Assembly: GCA_964016885.1 (NCBI GenBank)
Contig: OZ024740.1
Coordinates: 298,592,001 to 298,656,000, forward strand
Direction of reading: 5' to 3'
DNA from: Eledone cirrhosa
Taxonomy: Eukaryota
DNA length: 64,000 nt
In this document: piece after piece, positions 13,121 through 27,477 of the stretch
Layout of the letters: each line of letters opens with the position of its first letter
Position numbering within the stretch: the stretch's first letter is position 1
Made by a program: the position numbers and the translations under genes
Notes under the pieces: generated by a model
Told to the model about the DNA's origin: nothing
The model's input: the letters and a program-made list of their open reading frames with translations, nothing else
Database searches by the model: none

Positions 13121-13557
13121 GGCTGTCTGTGTATGCAGTAGCACCACTATCCCCTGGGTCTCATCCTGTGGCTGTCTGTGTATGCAGTAGCAGTACTGTC
13201 CTCTGAGTCACACTCTGTGGCTGTCTGTGTATGCAGAAGCAGCACTGTCCCATATTTGGGAGAAGTTCTCTGGGTCACACTCTGTGGCTGTCTGTGTATG
13301 CAGTAGCAGCACTGTCCCAGATTTGGGAGAAGTTCTCTGGGTCACACTCTGTGGCTGTCTGTGTATGCAGTAGCAGCACTGTCCCAGATTTGGGAGAAGT
13401 TCTCTGGGCCACACTCTGTGGCTGTCTGTGTATGCAGTAGCAGCACTGTCCCAGATTTGGGAGAAGTTCTCTGGGTCACACTCTGTGGCTGTCAGTGTAT
13501 GCAGTAGCAGCACTGTCCCAGATTTGGGAGCAGTTCTCTGGGCCACACTCTGTGACT
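13066..13557. repeat. 67-bp minisatellite (5 full units plus degenerate units)
   Basis: cactctgtg recurs at 13211, 13278, 13345, 13412, 13479 and 13546. Confidence 0.95.
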
Positions 13558-15466
13558 GTATACTTAATTCTTCAATGCTTGCATTAAAATAGCTCTATGG
13601 ATACAAGTATCTGACTCATTGGGGAATATTAATTGTGATAGTCTAGCATTAAGTCCAGGAGAAGGTTTATGACTTCTTTTCCTCACTGTTATAAAAAAAA
13701 GGAAGAAAAAGAAACAGTAATAGGTTTTACTCTTACTCAAACTCTTATTAGTTGTGTTTTTTTTACCATTCAGTCACAGAGGGAAGAACAATGCCCATGA
13801 CCGTTTTCAGGGCTTTCAAAACTTGTGGCAGGGGAGGAAGAAAGATATGGTCAGAATAGAAACCTGGCTTGAATGTTTACCTCTGAGTGGACCTGGCTAA
13901 AATTACAAAAAGTTCAGGCATTGGTATTTAACTGGGTGCCTAGTTAGTTCATGAAATTAATCTTTTCTGGTTTCAGGTGAAATAGTCTTCTGCTTTACCC
14001 GTTTATTTGGCTTGAAAAAAAGTAATAAGAATTAAAAAAAAAAAACAATAACAAAACATAATTTGAGTCTTTAGTTCTATATTTTAACCATTCATTTATT
14101 ATGGATTTCTTGCAATTGTAATATTTTATTTTACCTCTATATTTTGCTGGAATTATTAGAAGTTATGGCTTTAATTATTTTTTAGTTAGTTGTAATGTCA
14201 GAGGCTGTGTTATAAATGTGGTGTTTAGTTATTATAATTATTGCCAATCATCATTTTTGCTGGTAGTTTTAAAAACCATTTCTCCATGTCTGTATGGATT
14301 TAGACAAGTCTGTAGAAATGCTCCTCTTAAACTGTCTATTATAAAGTTTTAAAGTCATTTTCTAGTCTAGAGTAAAACAGATATTTTCTTTTTCTCCTCA
14401 TCTTTTGTTTTAAATATTTTACTATTTTTGCTTGCTTATTTTAATTTCAATGAGTGATTTTATTGTGTTTCGAATACTAGCTACAAGGCCAATATTTTAA
14501 ATATTGTTACAAAGTAGAAAAAAAAATAGTTGTATCTGCGTAATTCTAGCTTGTAAAATGAACAAAAAACAAAGAAAGAAAAAAATAAAAGAAAAAAAAC
14601 GTAACAAACATTTATTTCGACAATTTCAAGAAAATATTTCTAATTTTCAGAACTATCCATTTGAATTTCAATGTGAAACTGTAGGCATAAAAGGGGATTG
14701 AAGAGAATAAATTGTACCTTTAAAATTATATATAAGCTTATTATAGACAAAATGACAGGCATCTATCTGTAAGTTGAGAAACTGTCAGCTAGAATGGAAA
14801 CTGTTGCATTTCTGTGCATGGAATTATAGTACTTTATCAGTTCAGTTATGCAGCTAAATAGGTATTTATTGCAATTATAGAGACACTATTTCAATCAAAG
14901 TAAAACAACAGCGTGACCTCATCATGCTCACTTGTCACAGTCCACTCTCAACTTCTAGCATACAACTGCCTACATATGCTAAGATTCTCCATCATCAGTG
15001 ACCTTCCCCAAAACCTCATATTATATTGCCAAAATTACATCAAGGCAACATGGCTCTCTTTCTCTTTACAGTCAAGAAATATTTTGCTGAGGATTCTCAT
15101 TGAAGCATTTCAATGATTCATCATTACTGTCATTATTATTGTTATTATTATTATTATCATTTGTCTTATTTTCATTGCATGCTACCACTGCATTACTGAG
15201 CACAGTTGTGTGCCTTGGGTACATGCAGTGTTTTGTTTATGTTGTTTCTATTGTAATGAAAGTACATTGCATGTGGTGCCTATTTATTTCTATTTTCTGT
15301 ATGTTGTATATATTTATAAGTTCTGTGGTTACAGTTATGTATCCATGAGTGTGTGTATGTGTTGTACCATTCCCAGAGAACTTATAGCACCTCTTTCTGT
15401 TTACTTTGTTTACATTTCGGTTATCTCTATTTCCAGATTTTTATATTTGGATAATTTCTCATTATT

Positions 15467-15866
15467 GGATTGGCAGTATCGGTAGAGCATCAGACACCAT
15501 GCTTTGCAGCATAGAGTTGTGGCCCCTTACATTCTGAGTTCAAATCCTGCCGAGATTAGCTTTGCCTTTCATCCTTAGAGTGTCGATAAAATAAAGCACC
15601 AGTAATGCACTGGGGGTCGATTTAATCAACTCTCCCCTCCTCCTAAATTGCTGGCCTTGTGCCTACTGTAGAAATCTTGGCAGTATCAGTAGAGGGTCAG
15701 ACACCATGCTTTGACGCATAGAGTTACGGCCCTTGCCATTCTGAGTTCAAATCCCGCCGAGGTTAACTTTGCCTTTCATCCTTACGGGGTCAATAAAATA
15801 AAGTACCAGTAATGCACTGGGTAATTGCTGGCCTTGTGCCAAAAGTAGAAACAATTATTATTATTA
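15467..15866 (+). mobile_element. Two tandem tRNA-derived SINEs
   Basis: A box tggcagtatcgg, B box gagttcaaatcc, conserved gcctttcatcc...ataaaataaagtaccag core, (att)n tail. Confidence 0.88.
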
Positions 15867-15879
15867 TCCTCAGCATTTC

Positions 15880-17060
15880 ATTGTTCTGTCAGTATTTGGA
15901 TTGTTAAATATCAAGCTGTCTCCTGCAGCCTTAAGTATATCTAGCACCTTTTTTATAGTTCATGCTCTGCCAAGCAAACACACTTTCCGTAGAGTCAGGA
16001 AATTCACTTCCATATACAACATCTTCAACTAACCATTTAAACTTCTAGCCACTCTTTCTAAAGCTGTTATAGAACTCTACAGGTATTTGAAGTTCTCTGC
16101 ATTTCATATTTCAGGTGTTGGTATTTTTATATTTTCTCATGTTCTTTATCTCCCATTCTAGTTTCAAAAAGGCAAGCAGCATCGATTAGCTAACATGCTC
16201 TTTCCTCTTTATCAAGTTTAACAATATCTGGGCAAGAATGTTCCATTTGACTATCTATTTGAACTTTTATATCCCAAATCCTCTAAAAAACAATTAGCTG
16301 TGTTCAGACCTAGAGAGCGTTAGGCTCTGCCAGGTTTAAAAGAGCTCTAGACACGCCATATGATGGTGCCTCAATAACTCCACAAGGAGTTATAGGATCT
16401 TTATTTTTATCCCAAATCCCAAAGCACTTTTACATGGATGTTTTCAAGGGCATTTTCTGGTCTATGGTCATAACATTTTTTTGCATGCTCAAATTCAAAA
16501 TTTTTATACATCTACCAATTTGAAATTGTAGTGAATTTGTTGTGTCTCCAGTATTTATAATCATTCTAAGAGCACCTATTATCATAGAGGCTGTTTCTAT
16601 TTTCATCATCCACATTTGGGTTATTTCTATCTCCAGACCTTTATATTTGGATAGTTTCTCCATTTCCTTGGTAGATATATTGTCATCTGTGGGGATTGAT
16701 AATCAGTTAGAAGACATTTTTTTTCTTTGTATTCTTTAACTATAATGGTTTCTAATTTAGGCACAAGGCCAATAATTTTGGGCGAGAAAAATCGATTAAA
16801 TCGAACCCAGTATGTTACTGGTACCTTATTTTATCGATTCCATAAGGATGAAAGGCAAAGCTAACCTCGGCAGGATTTGATCTCAGAACGTAATGGGCCA
16901 TAACTTTGTGCCGCAAAGCATGTTGTTGAATGCTCTAGTGATACTCCCAATCCACTGCCTTAGTAGTCTTTAACTATAATATTGAGCCTGTTGGCTCTGA
17001 TCTTCCTGTCTGTATGTGTTGGCATATCCCTGTGTATGGTTGCTTTGTCATTCTGACACT
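15880..17060 (-). mobile_element. Decayed R4/Dong-like non-LTR element fragments (restriction-like endonuclease C-terminus)
   Basis: Minus-strand WDIKVQIDSQMEHSCPDIV, DMPTHTDRKIRANRLNIIVKD and EKLSKYKGLEIEITQMW...IIGALRMI. Confidence 0.7.
16747..16966 (-). mobile_element. tRNA-derived SINE with 14-bp target-site duplication
   Basis: tctttaactataat at 16733-16746 and 16967-16980; same family as 15467. Confidence 0.88.
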
Positions 17061-17669
17061 CCTCCTCCTCTTCCTTCTTCGTCTTCTTCTTCTCCTCCTC
17101 CTTCTTCTATGATACAAAACTATTTTTAAATGTTTATATTTACCTCAAAAACCCTCCAAAATAATTATATGTAAGAACTATTATTAAGCTCTGCTCCAGA
17201 CAACAGCTTGATAATGAGAAAGATAATTTGTATTAACTGGATCCCTCTAAATTCTTGATTAATTTTAAAATTGTGTTTTTCATGGTAACAAAAGGGTTAA
17301 TTAATGAAGAAAATTTTTTTGTTCCACTCGTAAATTAACATGGCTACAGAATACATAAATGCTCCACTCACATTACAAAATCCAAACAAAAGCAAACAGC
17401 TATTTACAGACAGTAAACAGAGTAAAACAAAACATCCAATTTTTCAGCCGAATACATATACTTCATAACTACAAAAATTAAATGATAATTTTATGACAGA
17501 AAATAACATTATTTTGAACAATTTAAACAACACAAATAATGATAACATCAGTAATGAAAACAACTTTCATTTTGCAAAATGAAAGAAAAAAAGGTAAGAA
17601 AATTGATGTAAGTGGTAAAGAAGACAATTTCAACCTTCTTTCGTTTTGCTTATGCAACCTTCAATAAAC

Positions 17670-18570
17670 ATGTTCTAGTTATGCATTGCAGCAAGGACCA
17701 CATGCGGGCTCTCTGCCCAGAGGAGGTAGAAATGAAAGGAGAAGCATAAACTTCAACATCATCAGGCCACATAATTGATTGCTTTCATGGCTCTATCAGT
17801 TCCTGTTCTAAACAGGACAGAAGTTAACACTTCCACCTCATTCCAAAGAACAAAAGCCTACATGGGCGAGCTCTGTGACAAAGAAAGATACATGCTTTCC
17901 CTAGATTCTTAACGAACAGTGAGAGAAAAACAATGTCTCTGTATCCTGAAAGCCAGGGAGGTTTATTTCATGTTCATGAAAGTGCAATTGCAGGCATCTC
18001 TGGCAAATGTGTAGAACAATAACTCCTCTATAGGCTGAGGAAGAAACTATGGAATTGTATTTAAAATTTAGAACAAGATAAAGAAGCATCCTGAGCTAGT
18101 GTCTTACACACATGCCCACTGTTGGGGGTGGTGTAACATAGGGGGTACAGTAAAGGATGTTGGTGATGACTTGGTTCGTTTTCACCTTTGTAGCATATAA
18201 TGGGCAGACAGTAACTGTTGAGGTTACCTGGAATGATATGCAGCTAGGTGGAATCAACAAGAAAATGCAAGTTCTAATAAACTCTAAAGAGAACAGATCT
18301 ATTCCAAAGCTGTGTTTTGTTGGTGCTACAGAAAGCAAAGCCACACGATTGGTGGTGCAAGGAAGAAAGCCCAGCTGCTACACATGTTGCAGTAAGTGCC
18401 ACTGAGGGCTTTCTGCCCAGAGGAGGTAAAAAGGTGGAAATGAAGAGAGCAGCATAAAATTCAACAACATCAGGCCAGAGAATTTACTACTTTCGTGGCT
18501 CTACCAGTTCCTGTTTTAAAAATAGCTGAAGTTAACACTTCTACCTCATTCCAAAGAAGGATGACAGCAG
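17670..18570 (+). mobile_element. Decayed L1/Tx1-like ORF1 with CCHC zinc knuckle, partly duplicated
   Basis: VVQGRKPSCYTCCSKCH..RAFCP (frameshifted) and CSKDHMRALCP; 17686-17870 resembles 18387-18558. Confidence 0.6.
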
Positions 18571-18744
18571 GAAACTGAGAAGGACGCCAACCAGTAAGCC
18601 ATTTACTATGAAATCAAGGATCAAGAATCTGTTGTAGTTGTTAGTTTTTTGAGTTGAATGTTTTTGTATATTTGCATCTTTGCATACATCTTCATCTTGA
18701 GTCATCTTACCTGTAATATCTGGAGGAGGATCCAACCTTTTTAA

Positions 18745-18965
18745 CCCTTTAGCATTTAAACTGGCCATATTCGGCCAGAATTCTCTTACCTCTTTCTGTT
18801 AAAACCTGCCATAACAGACTACTCATACTTATGTTAAGGTATTGTTCTCAAAATAAATAATATCACAATCTCATAGATTCGATATTATATGAGATAATTA
18901 TGTGAGGTACAGCCTTTACCTTGAAAATACAATAGTATATATAGCGTAATGTAAATGGTAAAGGG
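18745..18965 (+). mobile_element. piggyBac-type MITE, family A
   Basis: TTAA ccctttagcattt...aaatggtaaaggg TTAT. Confidence 0.85.
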
Positions 18966-19134
18966 TTATGATTGACCTAGCTCATTTTGTATCAGATTAT
19001 TCATGTTTTGTTTATAATCCTCTGCCACTACATTGTATTATACATCACATCCAACACACATTTTTGTTTAAATACATAACAACGCAGTTACCATCACTAA
19101 ATCTATGCTCATTGACGTCTTTGTGACTTTCACT

Positions 19135-19518
19135 ACTCTCAACTCCCAAATAATAGGGGGTGGGTGGAATAAGCAAGGAAGTTGGAATAATCGAGGAGGG
19201 AGTGTGTGGAAAATTGGTAATATTTTAGGTTGACTTTGTTGATTTTTAGTTTACATGTTGAGACCTCACCTTATCCTATTTATTTTAAAACGTATGAGAT
19301 TTCTAGTAATGTACTTTTTTTTTATGTATAATGTTTTTTATTGTATAAAGAAAACTAATTGGTGTAAGAATGTTACAACTTAAAATAACATTTTGCTAGA
19401 GATAGATTAGCAAAATTTAACAAGGTGGGGGTGGGTGTGGAATAAGAGCAGGGAATTTGGTAAAAATCTGAAAAATTAATTACAGTGAGGTGGGGGCATT
19501 ATTTGAAACCCAAGAATA
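19135..19518. mobile_element. Possible decayed non-autonomous DNA transposon (pogo-like TIRs)
   Basis: tactctcaactcccaaataata ... cattatttgaaacccaagaata (imperfect TIR) with internal ggaataag subrepeats. Confidence 0.4.
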
Positions 19519-20065
19519 CCTGGTGTTCAGCACTCATACTGTTTGTTAATTTAAGTTTGCAATCCTAACAGACTATATTTGCATCTTTTTAATTATCAAA
19601 AGGTCTTCTACTTTTACTGATCATCTTTCTGTAGAAATACTGTGTTGAAGAAAATTGGGAGAAATCTCAAACAACTAAAAAATCCCAATACAAAATCAGT
19701 GAAAGAAGCTGAATGTGAGATAGAGGAAGGAAATTTGCAATAGCTTCATTGATAAAGCAACAAGCATTGTTGCTTTGGAGGATGATAGATTGTTATGAAT
19801 CTTTGTTAAAACTTATGTCGCATTGGAAATTCAGCAATGTTAAATTATTTTACTGTAATTTTCAGCCAATTTACCCATGGGCTATTTTTTAAATGGGTAT
19901 CTCTGTATGCTTAGTAACACGAACAGTTATGATATAAATGTTTGCTAAATTGTCAGTTTCAGTGAAGAAACATACAACTGCAACAGCATCATTAACATCA
20001 ACAAAATTAATGTAAAACACACACACACACATATATATATATACATATGCACACACACACAGCCG

Positions 20066-20096
<31 letters not shown>

Positions 20097-20519
20097 TCAT
20101 ATACATATTATACATAGATAAACATATATATATATATATATATATAAGCAATCTAAAAATTTTTGTTTCCTGAAGACAAATAAACTCCGCAGAAAAGAAT
20201 ATGAGAAAATAAAAAATTAAAACAAACAGAAGATGAACAACAAATGAAAAACAGAAGGAAAGAAAGAAACTAATATATATAGCCTGTGGTTTGTTTTGCA
20301 TGAAACTATGTATTTAAAGGAAATATTGATATTTCTGCTATTGAAGAAATGGTTCTGTTGCTGTTGTTTTTGTTGTTGATTGTAACAACACAATAATACT
20401 GCTTATGATGGTGTTTATGATAGACATGATGCTGATGTGAATGATTATCAATATTATTATGGTAGTAGTAGTAGTAGTGGTGGTGGTGGTGGCGGCATTG
20501 ATATCGATGAGTGATATTT

Positions 20520-21322
<803 letters not shown>

Positions 21323-22619
21323 AGGAAAAAGTATGACCCCGACGGCAGAGCTCAAGCCATTTCTGGACTATATATATATATTCTGGGGAATTCTCTTAAG
21401 AAGTTTCAGTTCCATATAGATGGAGATAGATAGATAGATAGAGAGAGTAATTGGTGCTGGTAGTAGTGGTAGTGATGGTATTTTAACATGTGGTTTATTA
21501 ATGTTTAGTAAAAAGGCAGAGGAGTACATTAAATGAAAGACAAGTTCCATAACAAAGTAATCTTTTGAATTAAAGGCTGCATATAATGCTTGTTGCAACA
21601 CTTGAAAAATCACAGATTGCCAAGTTGATAGGATGTTGATCTACCAGCTAAAGTGTTGATGGTTCAAATACCAACACCTGCACTGTACACCATGAAAAAA
21701 AAAAAAAATTATATATCAAATGAGAAAAAATATTTATTTTTTTACATTTTATTTTTGCATGGGTTGGCTAGATCTACAAATTTCTTCAAGTATGCTTTTA
21801 AGTCTGATTTGCCTTCTTATATTGCCAGCTGGATCATGGGATTGGACTGCTGTTGATTTTCAGTTTTATGATGTGAATAAATTCTAACGCGAATTTCATT
21901 ATCACTCCGCATAATTTCTGCCTGTCTCTATGTCTGTCTCTCTGATAATATCTCGCAATCTAACACTAGGCTTTTGTAAACATGGAATTTTTTAGAAATA
22001 TGTCCTGTCTATGTACATTGTATATTTCTTCCCTGTTTTTTCATGGTTTCATGGAAGAAGGGAAGTGCCTTGTCCATGACCATTGTAGAGCTCCTGAGAC
22101 TGGGTGGAGTGACAGACTCATGAGAAACCTAATCTGAATGTTTGCAACAGTTTGAACTTTGCGAATGCACTATAGGACATGGGGATAGAAGTAACTCAGA
22201 TGACAGATTAGGCCTGTCATTCAAGAACATAACATAAAAGCTTCTACTCAATTACTTGATCTGCAAAAAAATATCAGCAAAGTTTCTGAGGTCACACCCT
22301 GCTATCTTTACCCCAAAAAAGGAAGCACACATTGGATAATATAATCCTGGGCATAAAAAATGATGAGATGGCCAAGCCTCAACATCTTTGATGATATGTC
22401 TGCTTGGTGAGGGTTGACTTGAGGTTAAACAACATACAAGTATGTGTAAAGTCTATCCAGTAGGCTCCTTTTCAGTTTCTGCCTACTCAATTTCTCCTAA
22501 AAGACTTGGGCCAACTTCAGGTTATGGTAAAAGATATGAACCGAAGGTATCACAGAGTGGAATCAAACTCAGGAGCACATGATTGCAAAATGAACTTTTT
22601 AACCACACATTCATGTCTT

Positions 22620-22790
22620 TCATCATCATCATCATCATCGTTTAACGTCCATATTCCACGCTTGCATGGGTTTGGATGGGAGTTTTCCCACTTGAGGCAA
22701 GAGTGGTTGTCTTGCTCGCATAGGACTGTCTGGCGGGTTTTCTACAGCTGGATGCCCTTCCTAGCACCAACCACATTTACAGTGTGGAAC
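22620..22790 (-). mobile_element. RTE 3' UTR/tail fragment
   Basis: Reverse complement of ~5281-5445. Confidence 0.9.
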
Positions 22791-23289
22791 CTGTCTTTGC
22801 CCATATATATAGACATAGTTCATTCCTTCAAGTTTACTGAACTGTTTTTTTTTTAACAGTTAGAACCAGGCTTGTGGTGTTTAACCAGACGATGGTCTAC
22901 CTCCCCAAAACTGAGAATGTACAAAATTCCACATAGTATCTCATTCAATGTTTTACTAAATCTGCCAACCCACCATCCTAGACTTATAGCTTATTGTATC
23001 AACTCCAAATGTAGGAAAGTTGATGTCAGTGGGATTTGAACTAAGGGGGCTGTGAGCTGGAACAAATGCTGCAAGGCATTTTATCTTATGGACTAACAAC
23101 TCTGCCAATTCACCATATGTCATAATGTTAATGGAAGTTATAGAAGACAGCCCAAGTCTCGAAATAAACCTAGTAACCTACTTTGTCATTGCAAATGAAA
23201 AGTACAAACCTGCCACCATGGTAAATAATAAAACAACTGATTTTAAAACAATCAATATAATAATGTTTGGAATTCCCTCTCTGGACCTG

Positions 23290-23760
23290 ATATCATTTTT
23301 GTTTAGTTGGTAGGTTTGGGGATGGTCTTCACATCTCTGAGACTAGGGAGATCGATGCTGTTTATGTCTTGCTTAAAGAGTTGAAATTCTGAGCAGGAAG
23401 GACTCTGCATAGTGGTTAGTTTTTCATTGAGGCCTAGGAGTTTGAACACAACATGGATAAAGGAGGAGGAGGAAACATGAGTGAATTAGGAGTGTCTGAG
23501 TAAAGGTGGCATGAGACTAGTAAGCTCTGAGGAGAAGAGACCATAGTAGTAGTAATAGTAGTAGTAGTGGATGCAGAAGTAGAAGAAGATAGCATGTCTG
23601 GGCTAGAGATTGAAAGAGTCTATAAGTGACTTTATATCTGTTCGCTGAGGAACTTTTCTATAGATACTGTCTAGGATGTTAGTGTGAGCAGAAGCAGTCA
23701 CGTTCCAGATGAAGAAGCAATACTATATTGTGGGTTTCACCTAAGCCTACTTGAGGGTCA
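23290..23760 (-). mobile_element. Decayed CR1/L2-type ORF2 3' end
   Basis: VKPTI*YCFFIWNVTASAHTNILDSIYRK...DIKSLIDS, resembling the CR1 VRPxMEYCSHIW...LDRIQRK motif. Confidence 0.7.
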
Positions 23761-23804
23761 TTATGACTTCCAACCACTATCCTATATAGAACAATTCATT
23801 TTAA

Positions 23805-24012
23805 CCCTTTAGCATTTAAACCGGCCATATCTGGCCAGAATTCCCTCACCTCGTTCTGTTCAAACTGGTTGTAACTAACCACTCATGCTTAGGTTAAGGT
23901 ATTATTCTCAAAATAAATAATATCAAAATCTCATAGATTCAATATTATGTGAGAAAAAGCCTTTACTGCGAAAATACAATAGTAAATGTAGAGTAATGTA
24001 AATGCTAACTGG
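23805..24012 (+). mobile_element. piggyBac-type MITE, family A
   Basis: TTAA target-site duplication on both sides; ccctttagcattt left TIR. Confidence 0.88.
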
Positions 24013-24674
24013 TTAAATATCCCTTTGCATCACCCTCACCAACCTATATCTCTAACTCTCAGTCTCTGAATACATTAGAGAGGTATGGACATTGTCCTAA
24101 TTAATGAAGCATTTTAAACAAAGAAAATAATACAAACATTAACTTTCAATGTGTATATCCACCTACTAGTAAGTAGGTATCATGGAGAGCCACTGCTTAG
24201 AAGTTTGTTGTTGCTGAAATACTTTTAATGGTCTGCAGAAACAACTTAAAAATATGATCTATTCTCTCTTAAATCAGCTAAGAGATGCACAATCTTCGGT
24301 GGTATTTGATTTTGTCTGATAAAGTATAACCCTTTTGATACCAACCAATTTAAAACTGCTTCTGGTTTTATGATACAAGTCTGTCTATTTTAACGTGCTT
24401 ATATTTATCTAAAAACCTATCATAATTTTATGTAAGAGCTTCTGGAAAGTTGTTTCAAACACCAGCTTAAGTTAACTGTATTACTAAACCCTGTCAAATT
24501 CTTGAATATTTTCGAATTTATTTGAAAACCATAGGCAGTGTCTTCTAGAAGAATGGTTATGAAAGAGTTAAGGAAAAAGATTTAGTATGACTGCTGAGAA
24601 CATAGAGTGGGGATAATAAATGTTCATGTGTGTGGAGAGTAAAGTAGTGGGAATTCAGTATTTTGAAAAGTATA

Positions 24675-24966
24675 TGCAGTGGTGAGATTTGAGCCCACAT
24701 CTCTGAAGAGAGTAGTGCCTTAACCCTTTAGCATTTAAACCGAATGTATCTGGCCAGAATTTTCTCACCTAATTCTGTTCAAACCAGGTGTAACTGGCTG
24801 CTCATACTGATATTAAGTTATAGTTCTCAAAATAAATAAATAATATAAAAATCTCAATGATTTGATATTAGGTAAGGTAAAGCCTTTACTGCAAAAATAC
24901 AATAGTAAATATAGTGTAAATGCTACAGGGTTAAACTAGCATCTTCGACCACTCAACCATGCTACC
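24675..24966 (-). pseudogene. tRNA-Leu(AAG) pseudogene interrupted by a MITE
   Basis: Removing the MITE gives ggtagcatggttgagtggtcgaagatgctagt ttAAGgc actactctcttcagagatgtgggctcaaatctcaccactgca, matching eukaryotic tRNA-Leu(AAG) including the long variable arm. Confidence 0.85.
24724..24930 (+). mobile_element. piggyBac-type MITE, family A
   Basis: TTAA at 24720-24723 and 24931-24934; TIR ccctttagcattt/aaatgctacaggg. Confidence 0.92.
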
Positions 24967-25188
24967 AGTTAGATGGAATAAAAAATTATTGTAAAGAATA
25001 AAAGGTTGAATGAAGAAATTGTGCAATAAGGAGTCAGAAGCTGATGGTGTTACTGACAAAAGTGTTGTGTTTTTGTAGCTTGTTCTATTTGTGGTTTTTT
25101 GCCATGAGGATTAGTAATGACTGTGAGGTTAAATTGCTAGTCCTTTGGTTTTAAACTGAAATCTTACCATTTTCTCTAAGTTAGGCAT

Positions 25189-26658
25189 GTGACTTTTGAT
25201 AGTAGGCCCAGTATTAGGAATGAAGTACCATGTATCACTTGGTTTAATACCACATGTTCTTGTGACTTGATAGTAGGCCCAGTATTAGGAGGGAAGTACC
25301 ATGTATCCCTTGGTTTAATACCACATGTTCCTGTGACTTGATAGTATGCCCAGTATTAGGAGATAAGTACCATGTGTCACTTGGTTTAATACCACCACAT
25401 GTGACTTGATAGTAGACCCAGTATTAGGAGATAAGTACAATGTGTCACTTGGTTTAATACCACCACATGTTCCTGTGACTTGATAGTAGACCCAGTATTA
25501 GGAGGGAAGTACCATGTATCACTTGGTTTAATACCACCACATGTTCCTGTGACTTGATAGTAGACCCAGTATTAGGAGGGAAGAATCATGTATCACTTGG
25601 TTTAATACCACTACATGTTCCTGTGACTTGATAGTAGACCCAGTATTAGGAGAGAAGTACCATGTATCACTTGGTTTAATACCACTACATGTTCCTGTGA
25701 CTTGATAGTAGGCCCAGTATTAGGAGGGAAGTACCATGTATCACTTGGTTTAATACCACCACATGTTACTGTGACTTGATAGTAGACCCAGTATTAGGAG
25801 AGAAGTACCATGTATCACTTGGTTTAATACCACTACATGTTCCTGTGACTTGATAGTAGACCCAGTATTAGGAGAGAAGTACCATGTATCACTTGGTTTA
25901 ATACCACCACATGTTCCTGTGACTTGATAGTAGACCCAGTATTAGGAGAGAAGTACCATGTATCACTTGGTTTAATACCACCACATGTTCCTGTGACTTG
26001 ATAGTAGACCCAGTATTAGGAGAGAAGTACCATGTATCACTTGGTTTAATACCACCACATGTTCCTGTGACTTGATAGTACACCCAGTATTATGAGGGAA
26101 GTACCATGTATCACTTGGTTTAATACCACTACATGTTCCTGTGACTTGATAGTAGGTCCAGTATTAGGAGGGAAGTACCATGTATCACTTGGTTTAATAC
26201 CACCAGATGTTCCTGTGGCTTGATAGTAGACCCAGTATTAGGAGGGAAGTACCATGTATCACTTGGTTTAATACCACCACATGTTCCTGTGACTTGATAG
26301 TAGACCCAGTATTAGGAGGGAAGTACCATGTATCACTTGGTTTAATACCACCACATGTTCCTGTGGCTTGATAGTAGACCCAGTATTAGGAGAGAAGTAC
26401 CATGTATCACTTGGTTTAATACCATCACATGTTCCTGTGACTTGATAGTAGACCCAGTATTAGCAGAGAAGTACCATGTATCACTTGGTTTAATACCACC
26501 ACATGTTCCTGTGACTTGATAGTACACCCAGTATTAGGAGGGAAGTACCATGTATCACTTGGTTTATTACCACCACATGTTCCTGTGACTTGATAGTAGA
26601 CCCAGTATTAGGAGGGAAGTACCATGTATCACTTGGTTTAATACCACCAGATGTTCCT
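25189..26658. repeat. 74-bp tandem minisatellite, ~20 copies
   Basis: Unit gtgacttgatagtagacccagtattaggagagaagtaccatgtatcacttggtttaataccaccacatgttcct; period 74 (25475, 25549, ...). Confidence 0.97.
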
Positions 26659-27344
26659 CGGGTGCCTTTAGCAGAGAACACCCTGTTGCAAGCATTAGGA
26701 ACAGAATACTTGTTCCTTTTCTCTTCAAGCTTTTTCTATGCATTGATTTCCCAACGTACAGGATGGGCATCAAACAGATCAAACCTTATCAGTCAGGAAT
26801 GGATTACAAAGGTCATGGGCACTTCCCTTCTTCCTTTGATTAACTTATAAAACAAACACACAAAACAACTACAAAAACAACTCTGCATGCTCCAGCTGGC
26901 ATGATTGGCAAGGTAGGACTCTCCCTCATACACCATTCTACTCTTCTATATCAGTCAAATTGTTAGAATATTACTGGAAAAACAATTGCTTCATCAGAAA
27001 GAAAAAAACCATAAAAAAACAAAAAAAAAAAAATCTCACTTATTCTAGTTTTGAAAAATGATTATAAAATATGAGTTGAATATTTTGTGTTTGAGAGAGA
27101 GAGAGAGAGAGAGAGAGGGGGGAGTACAGCATTTAGCTGGAGGTTGCTATAAAGTAAAAAAAAACAAAACATAGCTTATGGGCTGTAGAATGACATTATA
27201 ATGTAAGAGACACATCAAGTAGATGAGAGAGAGAGAGAGAGAGATCAAGAATAAACAAGAAAGATATAAAGGCAGGAAGAAGAGAGATCTATATAAATAT
27301 ATATATATATATATAAAAATATATATATATATAAATATATATAT

Positions 27345-27442
27345 AGTAACAAGATTAGATTGTATAGTAACTTCCAGTTAAGTACTGTAGCCTCTCTCAA
27401 TCTCTCTCTCTCTCACTCTTGGTGTGTATGTGTACATATATT

Positions 27443-27477
<35 letters not shown>

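Noticed and set aside
25189-26658. CRISPR-like periodic array
   Set aside because: Units are near-identical over their whole length with no unique spacers, no cas genes, and the context is eukaryotic
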